A stretch of DNA of 63,766 bases, the filler included, from Basidioascus undulatus (lineage: Eukaryota), in the NCBI GenBank assembly GCA_000826855.1. It is 7 parts of 7 records of this genome, joined end to end, with 100 filler letters (N's around TTAATTAATTAA, not from the genome) between each part and the next. Parts side by side here need not be neighbours in the genome. Positions count along the whole stretch, not along the records: positions 1 to 26,806 come from JTLS01000181.1; positions 26,907 to 32,975 come from JTLS01001812.1; positions 33,076 to 39,156 come from JTLS01001813.1; 4 more parts are not named here. One strand, written 5' to 3'. Numbering within the stretch: the stretch's first letter is position 1; each line of letters starts with the position of its first letter. The notes under the pieces are model-generated. The model did no database searches and was not told the DNA's origin. It worked only from the letters and a program-made list of their open reading frames with translations. A program made the translations under genes and the position numbers. Of the stretch, positions 22,932-36,059 are shown one piece after another.

Positions 22932-25249
22932 AGCGGGTGATGAGGGGATATACGAGGAGAAAGAGGGTCGACTACGCGGAAAGCACGAAGAGAAGAAAGA
23001 CGCGTTTTTGGACTTGTACATGTCGCCGCCCTTGCCGGCCTCGACCTGCCCGTGGACCTCATACGCAGGGCCAAATTCGTCCTGCGCTTTTTTTCTGCCG
23101 CCAATGGCATTGATGCGTGTATGAGCGTGCAAGTTCAGTGATCCCAGGCACGCTCGAGCGCGGCCATTGACAGTGCAAGGGGTTGCAACGTGTACGAGAA
23201 AATGTGTACGTCGATGGCAAAAATAGGACTGCAAAGCGGTGTACGAGGTTTTACATAACGTCGATCAGGGCAACTACGCTCCAAAGTTCGAACTTAAAGT
23301 GGCCGTGTTGATCGTGCCTTGCCCTGGAGCAACACTCAACCGCCCGTACGCCCGTCCTGGCCTTCTGACAATGCCTCACTCAGTCATACTTTTCATTCTA
23401 AGACTCTAAGGCTGAACTGAGGTGTACAAAAAAACTTGAAAAAAACATTACAGCAATCAATTCGCTTCTCTGAACTACAGAACGGGCGAGCGATCGCGGC
23501 ATGTCAAACCCATTGACAGTGACGTACAAGGTTGACTGACACGTTGACATGCTCGACCTCGTCTTCACCTTCACCTCCGACCATCATGATCGATCCCACT
23601 GAGCCTCGCTGCAGCAGCTCGCCTCATCTTCTCTGCACTCGCAGCGGCTTACCTTCCCTCGTCAAGATGAGCTTCTCATCTCACAACGCAAACTTGTTGG
23701 TGGCCTCAGGTCAATTGGTCGCTTCATAGTTCAGCGTAGCGGATTTCTCTCGCTCCGTAAATCTATGAAGTATCGTTTCTCAACGAACAAACTAGCTCTC
23801 CCAACAATGGTGCGTAATGCTCAAATTCCCCTTCGCAATCCATTTCCAAGGCGCCGTCGCACGGGTCGCGACCTTCCCATTCTCTGTCCTGAAGCTGTCC
23901 TCCACACTTGCTTTCTATGCAGACTTACTCATGCTGACTGTCCATGCTATCGTCGCCAGAATTTCGATCAACTGGCGTCGCTCTGCTGCTTAGCGCGTGC
24001 TTCCGCGCTCATCTTCGTCTTCGGGTCCCTCTGCCTTCGACCCTCGCAGCTCTCCTTCGCCCCAAATCTCTCTCGTGCTTAAGCGCGTTTCCTCGTTTTA
24101 ATCACTTTTCTTCAATCCTCAGCACGGGGATCTCCACCTTTCACATGCGAGCTGCCGGAGCACTTCGCGAATTCGTGTCCGCGTCGTGCGTCATCCTCGT
24201 CCATCTCCCTGACTCGCCGACAGAGCTGAACCGCTCTGAGCTGCACATTTGCATGCATTCTGGAACGTTACAACGACCCACCCGCTCTCCCTCCGTCTCT
24301 CACCCCAGGTCCAGTTGCGCTCTTCAGCCGCCTTCTCCCGCGCCCAACTCCTCCGTCGGCGCCACTTCCTTGCCAAATACGGCTTTCGAATGTGCCGGAA
24401 ACGTTGCAGGATCTCATCACCCGCCGCTCTTGAGCTCATTTGGTCCTTGTATACCAAACAGCTTCTCGCTGTTCGCGCTGACCCGCCCCGTTCGCTACCG
24501 CCACTTGGCGGCATTGCCCATCGCTAACACCACTCTTCTCTATTTTGAGCGCACCGCCGCCATCGCCGGCATGCCTCCAGCGCACGTGCAAGTCATTGCC
24601 TCCGGCGCTAATGAGCGAGGCAAGCGCGGATAGCGCGCAGGGGCAAAGGGTAAGCCGTTAAGGGCCTGGCACGGGAATTCTCGGTAGCAGGCACCGCCCC
24701 CTTGACCCTATCCCTGCCGCCGTCTCGTTCGGTTCAAAGAACCTCCATTTCTCCCACGCCCGCCTCCGCCCTTCCTCGTATGATCGCTACCTGCTCGCAG
24801 ACTTTTTCGACGTCCTCATGCTCGCTCGAACGGCGTTCAACGCCCAATTCTCGCTACCTTTCAAAACGGACTGACCAGCTCGGCCATCAGCCTCCGCTCA
24901 CCGAGGCGCGCAGACTCCATTCAGTCCTGGATTCCACGACTGACCCTTGCTCACTCTCATTCGCGCGACTTCTCGCTATCGCATGCCTCGGAGCGCTGGT
25001 TCTTTGGGTTGTGCCTGTTGACTGGAATGGAAGTTGAAGGGTTCAAAGGAAGTAAACAGCTGGAGGGAGGGGGACAAAAGGCGGGCCTCCTCGGCTCCTC
25101 CTCCTTGTCTCCCCATCCGTCTCTCCCTTCGCTTTCGAACTCATTGAGTCAACCGCCCTGCCCTCGCACTCACTTGCACGCCTTCCTCCACTCACCCGCA
25201 CCCCTCATTCTCCCCACCTTCGTGCTTTCCTTCACCTTCCCCGCCTGCC

Positions 25250-26091
25250 GTCTCCGTCTCCGCCGCACCCGCTCTGCCGACGCCTCCTCGTCGCAAGTCT
25301 CGACCCGTACCCCTCACTGGTTTTCAGTCAACGAGGCCTTCGACACGCAGCCTCCCTTCGCGGTTGAGGCTTCCCCTCGCTGCAACGCGGAGTCGGTGCG
25401 TCTCGCCCTGCTTCCCTCACCTGCGTTTCCCGAACTTTGACTGACTCGTGCTTTGCCCCTCGCTTTGCAGTGCCCCATCCCCACCGCCCACGACTTCGAG
25501 TCCTGCAGCGAGGTGTCTGCGGACTTCTCTCCTCTCGATCTCTTCCCCGCTCGCAACCGCTGCTACCGCTCTATCGATTCCAAGCGCGACGCATTCGCGG
25601 TCGACGACGGGGAAGGCGAAGAGAAGAGCGAGTTCCCGTACCTCTCTTGCACCAACCCCGTCTCCATACTCGTCCGCGACCGCTCCCAACGCGCCACCGT
25701 CGGGAAGCGCGTCCGCTTCGAGGGCGACGAGGACGACGAGGGAGATGACGACGAGGATGCCGACCTCCCCGGCCTCTTCTTCTCGGACTCCGCCTCCATC
25801 TCCAGCGCGGACTCCTGCCCGTCGGCCGTCGCGTCAGAGGACACGCCCGACGTTGACCCCTACGGCGATATCCACCCCTTCTTCAACAACTGCACGCGTT
25901 GCCCCGCGTACCTCAAGGGAAACGACTTGTACGACCACCCGCCGTCGCGCTTCTCCCACTCGACCTCCCCCTCCCCATCACCCCGCCGTCGTCGCCGCGC
26001 AAGCTCCTCCGCTTCCTCACGCGCTCGCCCTCTCCCTCCGGCGCGGCCTCCACCGCGTTCCCCAGGCGCCTGCTTGCGAAGCTGCGTCTGA
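25250..26091 (+). CDS. Hypothetical low-complexity protein (start uncertain)
   Basis: High-GC3 reading frame with an intron at about 25395-25470; acidic DEDD stretch, KRVRF motif, ends ACLRSCV stop. Confidence 0.5.
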
Positions 26092-26311
26092 AGGTCTTCC
26101 TGCATTAGCTGTTGCTGTTTTACTCGGAGTTGTCGTTTTTTTTCTTTGTTTGGGTGTTCTCGGGATTATCTCGTTCTGGAATTGTTCTCGTTTGAATGTT
26201 AGTTCTCAAACTGTTGTACTATTTTTATTGCTGAAGTGTTGCATATTTCTACCCCTACCTACGTGCTTGCTGAATGCTTTCTGAACGCCTTCACCAGAAA
26301 GTATCGCAGAA

Positions 26312-26362
26312 GTTAGACTGCTCGACGTTAGACTGCTCGGTGTTAAGACTGCTCGATAGACT
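26312..26362. repeat. Imperfect ~15-bp tandem repeat (GTTAGACTGCTCG core x3)
   Basis: gttagactgctcgac / gttagactgctcggt / gttaagactgctcga. Confidence 0.8.
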
Positions 26363-26525
26363 ACAATGCGAACGGGATGTAACAGCGAAGGTGCAGTAGC
26401 AGCGCTTTGGCGGCCTCGAGCCGCCCGAAACTGCGAAGTCGCACACATAAATCAAGAGTTGTAATGTATGCAATGCAAACTTTCATGTGTGCAGAAACAC
26501 ATGCTTTACCACACCCATCCCTTGG

Positions 26526-26806
26526 TCACCTTGTTCCCCTCAGTCGCTTCCAAGCTCCCAGATGGACCGTCCTTGATGCGGCCAGCAAAACATTCCTCAA
26601 CGTCCAGAGCCGTTCGAACTTTCCCAAGTTGAGGTGGTCGCGACAATAGCGTGTAAAGCCATCGAAGTATCGTCGTGCATATGCTCTGTCCTCCTCGTTC
26701 GTCTCAACGTCCGCAACGTAGCGGAAGCCGAAGACGACAGTGACGCGGGAGCGACTCAATTGTTTCGATGAAGCGTTGGAGACCTTCGAAGAAGAGATGA
26801 TACTCG
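26526..26806 (-). CDS. Possible 3' end of a hypothetical protein at the contig edge
   Basis: Open frame ...YARRYFDGFTRYCRDHLNLGKFERLW...stop; no recognisable family. Confidence 0.3.
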
Positions 26807-26906
26807 NNNNNNNNNNNNNNNNNNNNNNNNNNNNNNNNNNNNNNNNNNNNTTAATTAATTAANNNNNNNNNNNNNNNNNNNNNNNNNNNNNNNNNNNNNN
26901 NNNNNN
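26807..26906. other. Artificial contig linker N44-TTAATTAATTAA-N44
   Basis: 100-nt spacer with stops in all six frames; identical at all six gaps. Confidence 0.98.
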
Positions 26907-27531
26907 CCATCACCACCTCCTTCTTCGTCGTTTCCGCCCTCCCCGCGCCCGCCCCGCCCCAGACCCCACGCACGACGAGGAGGAACATGCTCGCTACCGA
27001 GCTCAGCGAGTCCCTACGCCGCAACCTCCTCTGGGAGCGCCAGACGCGCAACCGCATGCTGGGCGGGGGGAACGCCGGGTGGACTGCCCGTGCCGCTGCG
27101 GGAAGGAGGGCGAGCGAGGAGGCTGCTGCTGCGGCTGCTGCGGCTGCTGGACACGCGGTCAGTCCCCGTTCTCTTTCTCGGATCGATTTAGGAAAGACAG
27201 TATCCCTAATTTGTTGGGTTGTACCTGGTGGGGTAGCAGCACCCCGACGGACACCCCCGCAGGAGCGGGACGGCCCCGCCAGAGCAGCACCACCCGCAGA
27301 TGACCTCGCCCGCGCTCACCGAGGCGGCGGCGACGACCGCCGCCGCCACGGCGTCCCAGCACTCGCCCGAGGTCGGGAGGAGGCATACGGACCAGCCGCC
27401 GAGGAGGACTAAGTCGGCTGTGGCGGATCTGAGCCATAGTCCTGATTACCATGGGTGAGTTTCTTTTTCAGGTGTGCATGTGAGGGGATGGGGAAGCTGA
27501 TGAGGCGTGAGGGGACAGGACTGGATGGTGA
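26907..27531 (+). CDS. DUF3295-family protein, 3' fragment
   Basis: TPRTTRRNMLATELSESLRRNLLWERQ and terminal DYH-GTGW stop, typical of fungal DUF3295 proteins. Confidence 0.8.
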
Positions 27532-28306
27532 GCGTTTGGCTCTCGGGTGTTACTTCTTTTCAGGTTGTTTGTGGGCTTTCGGCGCGCTTTGTGTACAGTT
27601 GGGCTTTTGGGTTATTTCTCGTCTCTCCCTCCCTCCCTCCTGCCCTACCGTTTATTCTCCCATGACTCCATCTCGTCCCTCGCTCCCAATACTGTCTCTC
27701 TTTCGTCCTCATCCTCGTCGTCATTCACATCATCCACATCGTCCACGTCATGCACATCACGCACACATTGTCTCGTCCCGTCATCATCATCGTCGTCCTT
27801 GTCTCTGTCCTCTCATGCCGAACGTCTCCTTGCCATCCACTGCCCATCTCATCCGTTCCCTCACCTCGACATTCCCGCAATCACGCTCTTCGATAATTGT
27901 ATTAACTAGCTATTGGCCTTTGCTGCCGGCTCTTTACGCAACATTCACGCCCCTGATGCGTCGCACTGCGCTCGTCGTATGTGCAATCCACAATCGCTAC
28001 GCCATGCTGCGTACCATTTCTTGCCTCGCGTGTAGGTCCGAGCTGAAGCCGATTAAGCCTGGTGGATGTGTAGATTCGCTATGGTGTTGCTCGGGCTTCG
28101 AGCTGGGGATGAAGCTGGGATGCGGCCGAAGGTGGAGGTTGGGACGGCAGGGGCAGCCGATGACGAACGAGCCGATTGCTATCGCGAGCTCGAGTCCCCT
28201 TCCCTCTTCCACCTCATCCTCTTTCACTTCAACCACCATCTTCACCTCGATCCATATACCCCTCAAACTTCAATCTAAACTAACCCTCTCGCTCGAAATA
28301 CCGACA

Positions 28307-30194
28307 ATGCCCGCTGTCACGTCCGGCAAGATCCTCGTCACTGGCGCGAGCGGGTTCATCGCCGTGCATGTCGTCCAGCAGCTGTGCGTCCGAGGCTTCG
28401 AGGCCCCGAGACTCTGAGTCGGGGGTGTGGAGTTGGTGGAGAGAAGAGGGCTTATGCGGGTGAGGTGGGTTGGTGGGAGGCAGCTTGGAGAAGGGCTTCA
28501 GCGTGCGCGGGACGGTGCGCTCGCAGGATAAGGGGGAGTACCTCCAGAAGCTGTTTAGCAAGTACGGGGACAAGTTCGAGTATGTTATCGTGGAGGATAT
28601 TGAGAAGGTGCGTTTGCTCTTGCGCGTGGAAAAGGAAGGAGGGGAGGAGCTGATGTGTGGGCGGGGGTGGCAGGACAACGCGTTCGACGAGGCTGTTAAG
28701 GGCGTCGGTATGTTGATCAGATCTGGGATGGGGAAAGGGCGATGGGTGTTGATGGGGGTGCGCACGGTCAGACGGCGTTGAGCACACTGCCTCGCCCTTC
28801 CACTTCAACGCCGAGGATCCGAAGGAGCTCGTCGGCCCCGCCGTGCAAGGCACCGTGGGCGTTCTCAAGTCGATCAAGAAGAACGCGTACGTCCCTCTGT
28901 CTTCTATTACCTACAAAAAAGTCAGAGTTTGTCGTGCTGAGTGGAAGGAGGACGTTTGTGCAGACCCAGCGTTAAGCGCGTCGTCGTCACGTCGTCGGTG
29001 GCCTCTATTCTCGAGCCTCGCGAGCAGGACGTCTGGACTGAGAAGGACTGGAACCAGTTCTCGAGTGAGTTTTTTTCCGCTTCTCCCTCTCTCCCTTCCT
29101 CCCGCTCCCCCTCCTTCCTCCCCCTCCCTGCTCCCACTTTCTGTTCCTCCCCGAGCATCGCCAGCTCATGAGCATGTTCCTTCGGCACAGTCGACGAGGT
29201 GAACGAGAAGGGCAAGGACGCCTCCCCGCAGCACAAGTACCGCGCGTCCAAGTCGCTCGCCGAGCGCGCCGCGTGGAAGTTTGTCGAGGACGAGAAGCCC
29301 GCGTTTGATCTAGCGACGGTCAACCCGCCGCTGGTGCTGGGGCCGATCATCCATCAGGTACGTCTTCTTTCTCTCAACTCACTTCTCCTCTCCCTTGCCT
29401 CGTCCCAGTTGGCAGTTTCTACTGTACGCTGTGATACTGATTCGTGGTACGGTGGTGGCGGTGCTGGTTGGTGTGAGACCACAGGTCTCCAAGCTCGACT
29501 CACTCAACACCTCCATCGCCCAGTTCTACGACCTCATCACGGGCAAGAAGCAGGACGGCCTGGACGCATTCGCGGGCAACGCGGTCGACGTGCGCGACGT
29601 GCGTCTTCTCCCTCTTCCTCCCTTCCCCCTTCCCCTCTCTCCCACCCCCATACTCTCCCAGCTAAACAGCCCCTCCAGGTCGCGACCACGCACGTCCTGG
29701 CGCTCACGAGCGAGCAGGCCTCCGGCGAGCGGTTCATCTCCGCTTCGGAGCGGGGGAAGTTCTCCTGTGCGTTTTGCGCTGCGTTGGTTTAGGATGGACG
29801 CGGGATGGGAGACGCTGATGCGGTGCGTGTGCGGGGATGACAGGGCAAGATGCCGCGGACGCCCTGCACGATGCGTTCCCGGACGACGAGTACGTGAAGG
29901 CCAAGTGAGTCTCTTTCCCTTCATTCGCTGTTTGGGAAGTGGGCTGACGATGGGGGGCACGCCAGCGTCCCTGTCGGTAAACTCGGCGTAGGCAAGCAGA
30001 TAGCGGGGCAGGTGCACTCGAGCGCGAAGGCGCAAAAGGAGCTGGGACAGAAGTTCACGGAGCAGGAGAAGACGTTCGTGGTGCGTCGAGCGTGTCTTCG
30101 GCGAGGAATGGGGGAGCGGTGGTGACTTAGCGGAATGATTGGGTAGGACACGTACAAGAGCTTGAGGGAGCGCCAGAAGGAGTGGGGGCTGTGA
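28307..30194 (+). CDS. NAD(P)-dependent epimerase/dehydratase, Gre2/aldehyde reductase II-like, multi-exon
   Basis: ILVTGASGFIA, VRGTVRS, HTASPF, RVVVTSSVAS, YRASKSLAERAAW, VNPPLVLGP, VDVRDVA. Confidence 0.92.
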
Positions 30195-30828
30195 GGAAAG
30201 CTCGAGCGATACCTGATAGGCAAGAGTGGAACGTTTGAAGGTGCACGAACGGTTTCGTTGGGACGAAAGACTTGCATGCTGAGGACAGATAGATGTGCTT
30301 GATGTCCTTCGCATTATTTGTGCGCGCTCGACTGATCGTGGCCGAGTGGTATATCAGTTCGAGATGCTCTTGGAACTCGTGAAGGTTGGCCATCGCAGGC
30401 AGCCATGCTGAGAATGCAGCGTATGTCGAAGTGAGGCAGCAGCAGCATGTTCGCATCGACAGGCCTCGTGTCGGTGTCACTGCCTATTCCAATGTCGCAA
30501 CATTTTAATGCAATTAATGAAACAAATGCTATTAACTTCAAACAGTTTCCATATGGAACAAGCACCAAAATGCGACCGTTTCATCGGATTCTCAAACTCA
30601 CGTGAAGGCTGGTCCGGTTCAGCTTGACCGGCAACCGCTCGCAGTTGCAGTGCAGGATCCGGACTGACTCTGGCTTTGCTGCACATCTACCGGCCCTTTC
30701 AGAATACAAATAAATACCCAGTGCGCACCGGACCGGGAATAACTTATACCGACGCACGACCCATAACCTCGTCTTCCTCTCCCGAACCGACATACCATTC
30801 CCTCCCCTCCCCATCCACCATCACGCTC

Positions 30829-32975
30829 ATGCTCGCCCGCACCCTCCGCGCCCGCTCCTTCGCCCAGATCTCGATCCAGCAGCACCAGACCCAGACCCGC
30901 ATGTTCGCGCTCACCCGCCCTACGCCCAAGGACCCAAAGACCTTCGCCAACCAGCGGTCCATCCCGCGCCTGCCCGTCCCCAAGCTCGAGGACTCCACCG
31001 CGCGCTACCTCCGCAGCTTGCGGCCCCTCCTCGACGAGGCGGAGCTGGCGGGCGGGGAGGCCGCGCAGGAGGCGCTGAGGAAGAGGGAGGACGTGATTGG
31101 GGACTTTGTGAGGGAGGGAGGGCTCGGGAGGAGGCTGCAGCAGAGGCTTGTTGGTGAGTGCCGAGAGGCGAAGACGGAAGGCGGGGGCATTGGAGAGGAG
31201 TGGCGAGGAGAGGCTGATGTTGGGCTGGACATGGGAAGACGTGGACCGCTCGGTGCCGACCAACTGGTTGGACGATAAGTGGTGGATAAAGGTCGCGTAC
31301 CACACCTGGCGTGTGCCCCTCCTCATCGTGCGTCTCCCCCTTCCCCGCGCCTTTCTCTCCCTCCGAATCCCGGGCTGATGGCACATACGGCGCACAACGC
31401 TATTTAGAACTCCAACTGGTGGCTCCTCTTCCACCATGACAAGACCGTCCCCGCTGACTTCATCACCGCCGGGGAAACGTCCGCCGAGCGCGGCTTCACC
31501 GCGTGGCAGGTCCACCGGGCTGCCTGGCTCGCGCACCGCTTCACCGACTTCAAGGACCGGCTCGACAGGTCTCTCCCTTCCCTCCCCCCTCCCTCTCTCT
31601 CTCCTCTTCATCCTCTGACACCTCTCGCACTTTGGGACAGGGAAAACATCCTCCCCGACTCGTCCCGCGCAGGTCCGTATTGCATGCACCAGTACACGCG
31701 GTGCGTGCTGTCCCTCAATCGCTCATTCCTCTCTCTTCCTCCATTCCCTCCAACCACAATATCCACTCCCTCCTGACAACCAGCGCGATGGTTTGGGCCC
31801 CCGGCATCCAGGCTCTTCGGCCAGACGCGCGTCCCGCAGCACGACGCGGACGAGCTCGTGCACGCGCCGCACCCGCATCCAGCTCGCCACATCACGGTCC
31901 TCGCGCGCGACCAGGCGTACGAGGTCGACGTCATCGGCGAGGACGGCCAGCTCCTCCCCTGGGAGGATGTCGCGGCCGCCATGCGCGACGTCGTCCGGGA
32001 CATTGAGAGCCGGAAGCCAGACGAGTTGGACCCCCCCGTCGGACTCCTCACGTCTGACGACCGCGACTCTTGGACTCTGGTTCGTAGCCATCCTTCTAAA
32101 CTCATTATCGACTGATCTTCTGATGCTATGCGGGGGATTCAGAACCGCGAGCACCTCCTCTCGCTCTCCCCCCAAAACCGCAAGACGCTCACCTCGATCG
32201 AGTCCTCTTTGTTCCACATCTGCCTGGACGACTACACGCTGCCACCTCCCTCGCCGTCCGCCCCGGCACTGGATGGGCACGTGCTCAACTGCGCGGGCGG
32301 CGACGGCGCGCGCAACAGGTGGTTCGACAAGGCGCTCACCGTCGCCGTCGAGCGCAACTCTCGTGCGGGCATGAACGGCGAGCACTCGCCCTGCGACGCG
32401 CTTATTCCGAGCATCATCGTAGACTACGTCGTCGCGGAGCCCATGCCTCGCCCCGCGCCCACGGAGGCGCAGGCGAGGCACGGCGTAAGGAGGCTCAGGT
32501 GGGTGGGCGATGAGAAGCTCAAGGGGGCGATCGAGAGCGCGGGGGAGAAGGCGCGGGGGATAATTGAAGATAGCGATCCGTCGCAGCTTTGGTGAGTTTC
32601 TATGAGTGCCATGCACGCAAGGGGTGGATGCTGATACAGCTTGTCACTCAGGTTCGCCGACTACGGTGCGGACTGGATTAAGAAGATCGGTGCGTCTCTC
32701 TCAGTCTTCCGGATTTCTCTCCCGTTGAGGCTAAGCTTCTTCCCACCATAAACAGCCAGGCTTCCCCCCGACGCATACCTCCAGATGGCACTCCAGCTCG
32801 CGTGGTTCAAGGACCAGGGCTACCTCTCCGCGACGTACGAGACAGCCTCGACGCGCATTTTCGCCCACGGCCGCACGGAAGTCATCCGCACGCTCTCGTC
32901 TGACAGCAGGGCGTTCGTGCGCGCTATGATGGACGAGTCCGTTTCTGTGCGTGGTTCCCCACCCCCTTCCCCCTT
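30829..32975 (+). CDS. Carnitine O-acetyltransferase, mitochondrial-type presequence; 3' truncated by gap
   Basis: IPRLPVPKLEDS, NWLDDKWW, NRWFDK, catalytic GEHSPCDA, PDAYLQMALQLAW, TYETASTR.F.HGRTEVIR. Confidence 0.92.
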
Positions 32976-33075
32976 NNNNNNNNNNNNNNNNNNNNNNNNN
33001 NNNNNNNNNNNNNNNNNNNTTAATTAATTAANNNNNNNNNNNNNNNNNNNNNNNNNNNNNNNNNNNNNNNNNNNN
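32976..33075. other. Artificial contig linker
   Basis: N44-TTAATTAATTAA-N44. Confidence 0.98.
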
Positions 33076-33261
33076 CCGCCAGAGACAGCGATTTCTGTGA
33101 GAGGAAGTCAGAAAAGGCGGATGAGCCTAGAAAGAACAACATGCTGTGTAAACAGTGGTGAGGGGCGTACTGGTAACAATGCCGTGGGCGTTCACGACGG
33201 CGGGCAGGACGAGAGCAGCAGCGGCGGCCAGCACCGAGCGGGAAGTGAAAGAGGGCACCAT
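33076..33261 (-). CDS. Second putative LPMO (AA9-like), 5' end only
   Basis: MVPSFTSRSVLAAAAALVLPAVVNA|HGIVT(K)IAVSG: signal peptide followed by His1-Gly; first intron at the same position and phase as in LPMO 1. Confidence 0.65.
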
Positions 33262-33403
33262 GTTGAGTGAGATTGGGAAGAAGGAAGCGAGAGAGGTAAC
33301 GTTAACGAAAGTGGTGGTGCCCTGGCGGAAGAAGGAGAGGTGAATTGCGAGAGGCGAAAAGATGCGAGTGATGGGGAACCAGCGTCCTCAAAGATGACCA
33401 GGC

Positions 33404-33412
33404 TTTTATATC
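33404..33412 (-). promoter_or_regulatory. TATA box (GATATAAAA) upstream of LPMO 2
   Basis: Reverse complement of ttttatatc, about 140 nt upstream of the ATG. Confidence 0.5.
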
Positions 33413-34866
33413 TTCAAGACGGTGCATCGAATGTGTCGGAGGTGTTGCGTGAAGGAGAAGGTCCCGTTTCGCCGTTTCGTAGTGAGGCATAGCGGCCTCG
33501 TGGCCGTTTCGAGGGCGGCAGTTTCGAGTGCGGCCATTTTGGGAGGTGAAACGGAAAGTTTCTAGTTTCGTGAAACGATGCTATGTTATGAATGGAATAC
33601 CTTAAGGACGCGAAGAGCTGCGCGTGTATGAGTAAAGAAAGGGCCATGTGTGGCATCGAGGACGAGTGGTGCTTTCAGATGGGCCCGCAGCCGGAGTGTT
33701 CGATGTTGCAGGACGTGTTTCAACTGTGCTTAGGGACCGATCGAACACCTCGGGCTGGGATAAACATGTACAATCGAACTTCAATCAGACCGAAAACGCA
33801 CCCCTCACTTAAAAATGTACTCGGGATGGTGGTCATCTCTTTTCACGGACAAGGTTGCCACACAACAAAACGCCACCGCCTTCCGTTACTGGGTCGCCGT
33901 GTGCGACCCTCGCTCATCAGAGAATTTAGCAACCGCTAAAAGGATACAAATATGGACAAACCTGTACTCTTCTCACTTGCCACTGGGTGGCAACGACGTG
34001 CGACGCAGTCAGTGCGAATACAGTTTGGATGCAACAGTGACGCGTTTCGCTCGTCCCTAGGAACCGGCCGAGAACCTTTTCCGTTTTGTCACTATAAATT
34101 GATCTAACCCAACCTAACAGAATAAACACTGGCACGCCCGGCACACTTATTAACTGTCGGTCTTAGCTGAGGGGCCGTTGAAACGCCTTGACAGTACCTG
34201 CCGCTCGATGCAGACTGGAGCCGTGTCGTTTCGGACCTGACGAAGCAGGGGACAAGTAGTTTTTATGGAATAACCAGAATTACACGAAACGATTGGGACT
34301 CGGCTGCGCTCTGGCCGGGGAGCTCGTCGCGTGGAGAGGTTGGCGGTCGTTGAGATCACGAGCGTCGGGTTGCGCGTAATGTTTCATCGCTTGTCAAGGC
34401 TGGGTTGTGAGATGCGCACCACGACCCGAGATGTACTGCTATAAGAAGGCACATCAATGCTAGAGGCATGCAGACGTAGGGAGGGGGTCGTGCAAGTCAG
34501 GATGGGTTGCCGGAGAGCACGGAAGACGGACCTCCTGCATCGCCGTACTTCATCCACGAGGATGTGGGCTCAGCTACACGAAATGTGGACCGGCAAGCAG
34601 GCACTCCAAGGTAGATCCATGCGAGCACAACGTTCAAGAACGTCCGTGCATCAGGTGGGCCAGCGGGATATCAAGCCAGCACATTGAGTTGGCTCCAACA
34701 GCAACGGAATCAAGACAACACGTCAAGTTCATGGCTTCAACAGCAGGCTCACACGCTCATGCGACAGACAGGGAGTGCGGTGGTGATGGTATACTAATCG
34801 TGAAAAAGGTTCGTAATACAACATGGTGAACGCGAGAAAGAAGGCCAGGGGCCACGAGCAAAGCGC

Positions 34867-35435
34867 TCAAAGGTCCTGCGAGGCGGCGCCCTTCGCGGAC
34901 TTCTTGCTCTTGGCTGGAAGTAGCTCGGCGTGAATGTTCTGATGATCCAGGTGAACGATTCCGGGGTCAGAATGGGCTGAAATTGAGGCATAGGCGAAGG
35001 AAGGAGGGGGCGACGACGCACGGGAATGACACCGCCCTGGGAGATGGTGACGTGCCCGAGGAGCTTGTTGAGCTCGTCGTCGTTGCGGATCGCGAGCTGG
35101 AGGTGACGCGGGATGATGCGCGACTTCTTGTTGTCGCGCGCGGCATTGCCCGCGAGCTCGAGGATCTCGGCCGCGAGGTACTCGAGGACCGCGGCGAGGT
35201 AGACGGGCGCACCCGCGCCGATGCGCTGCGCGTAGTTGCCGCGCTTCAGGTGGCGGTGGATACGGCCGACTGGGAACTGGAGACTGTGAGAGCGAAATGC
35301 GAGCGTGAGTGACCAGCGACGCGTTGGGGAGACTGGATGGGGAAGGACGCACCCGGCCTTCGCAGAGCGCGAGGAACCCTTCGCAGGCTCGCCGCCAGCA
35401 GCCGCCTTCCCTCCGCTCTTTCCCTTGCCGGACAT
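34867..35435 (-). CDS. HTA1: Histone H2A with C-terminal SQ motif; two introns
   Basis: [61 protein letters not shown] stop. Confidence 0.97.
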
Positions 35436-36059
35436 GGTGATGTGTGTTAGGTGGTGGTGGTGGGGTAGGAGTGCGAGTTTGGGAGGAGCTGCGGGCGGGG
35501 CGGAGCGTTAGTCGCTGGCGGATTTGAAGCGTGTCGGGCGCGTATGATCTCTCGTTGCGCGTATTTCACCCGAGATGGATCTCTTATAGCTTACCTGTTT
35601 GAGAAACTTCGTGCACGAAGCGAGAATGGGCGGTCGACGAGGGCAGTTCGAACGCGACGCGTGGACGAGGCGAGCGAGCGGAACGAGCGGGGCGGAGAGT
35701 GACAAGAGATATAACGGGAGAAAGTCAATAACCGCGTCCTTACAAATTGCATTATCGTCCATTCAAACGTACCTGTTCAAGGGCTTGCAACAAGATGAGA
35801 GAATGAAGGTGAAAGACGGAGAAGCAAGCACGCGTTTAAAGCGCGGTCGGGGTTAGGTTTGATAAGATGGTGACGCGTACCAATTTCTGTACACGTAGAC
35901 AACAGAACGCGGGCCGATAAGGCGATAAAGCGGTCCTCAGCCCCCCGCGCGCGCGCGCGCTTGCCTGCTTGCCCTCTCGCCCGCATCGACGTCCACAGCC
36001 GCGCCCTACAGATCTACAACCAGACCAACACTCGCAACCAGTAAACATCGGAGCGCACG
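35436..36059. promoter_or_regulatory. Bidirectional H2A/H2B promoter with MCB-like ACGCGT sites
   Basis: ACGCGT at 35657, 35830 and 35873; (CG)n tract at 35946-35960. Confidence 0.6.

Noticed and set aside
26312..26362. Short repeats resembling a CRISPR array
   Set aside because: Only three adjacent ~15-bp units with no spacers, in a eukaryotic context with no cas genes.
26851..26862. Recurrent TTAATTAATTAA palindrome at about 6.1-kb spacing
   Set aside because: Always centred in N runs; it is an assembly linker, not a biological repeat.
27455..28417. 320-aa ORF with a His-rich stretch
   Set aside because: Runs through a 3'UTR TCA/TCG low-complexity tract and intergenic DNA, joining the reductase first exon only by chance.
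30619..32616. Long minus-strand ORFs (356 aa and 297 aa)
   Set aside because: Antisense to carnitine acetyltransferase; expected in high-GC coding DNA.
35849..35860. GGGGTTAGG telomere-like motif
   Set aside because: Single copy; compatible with chance.
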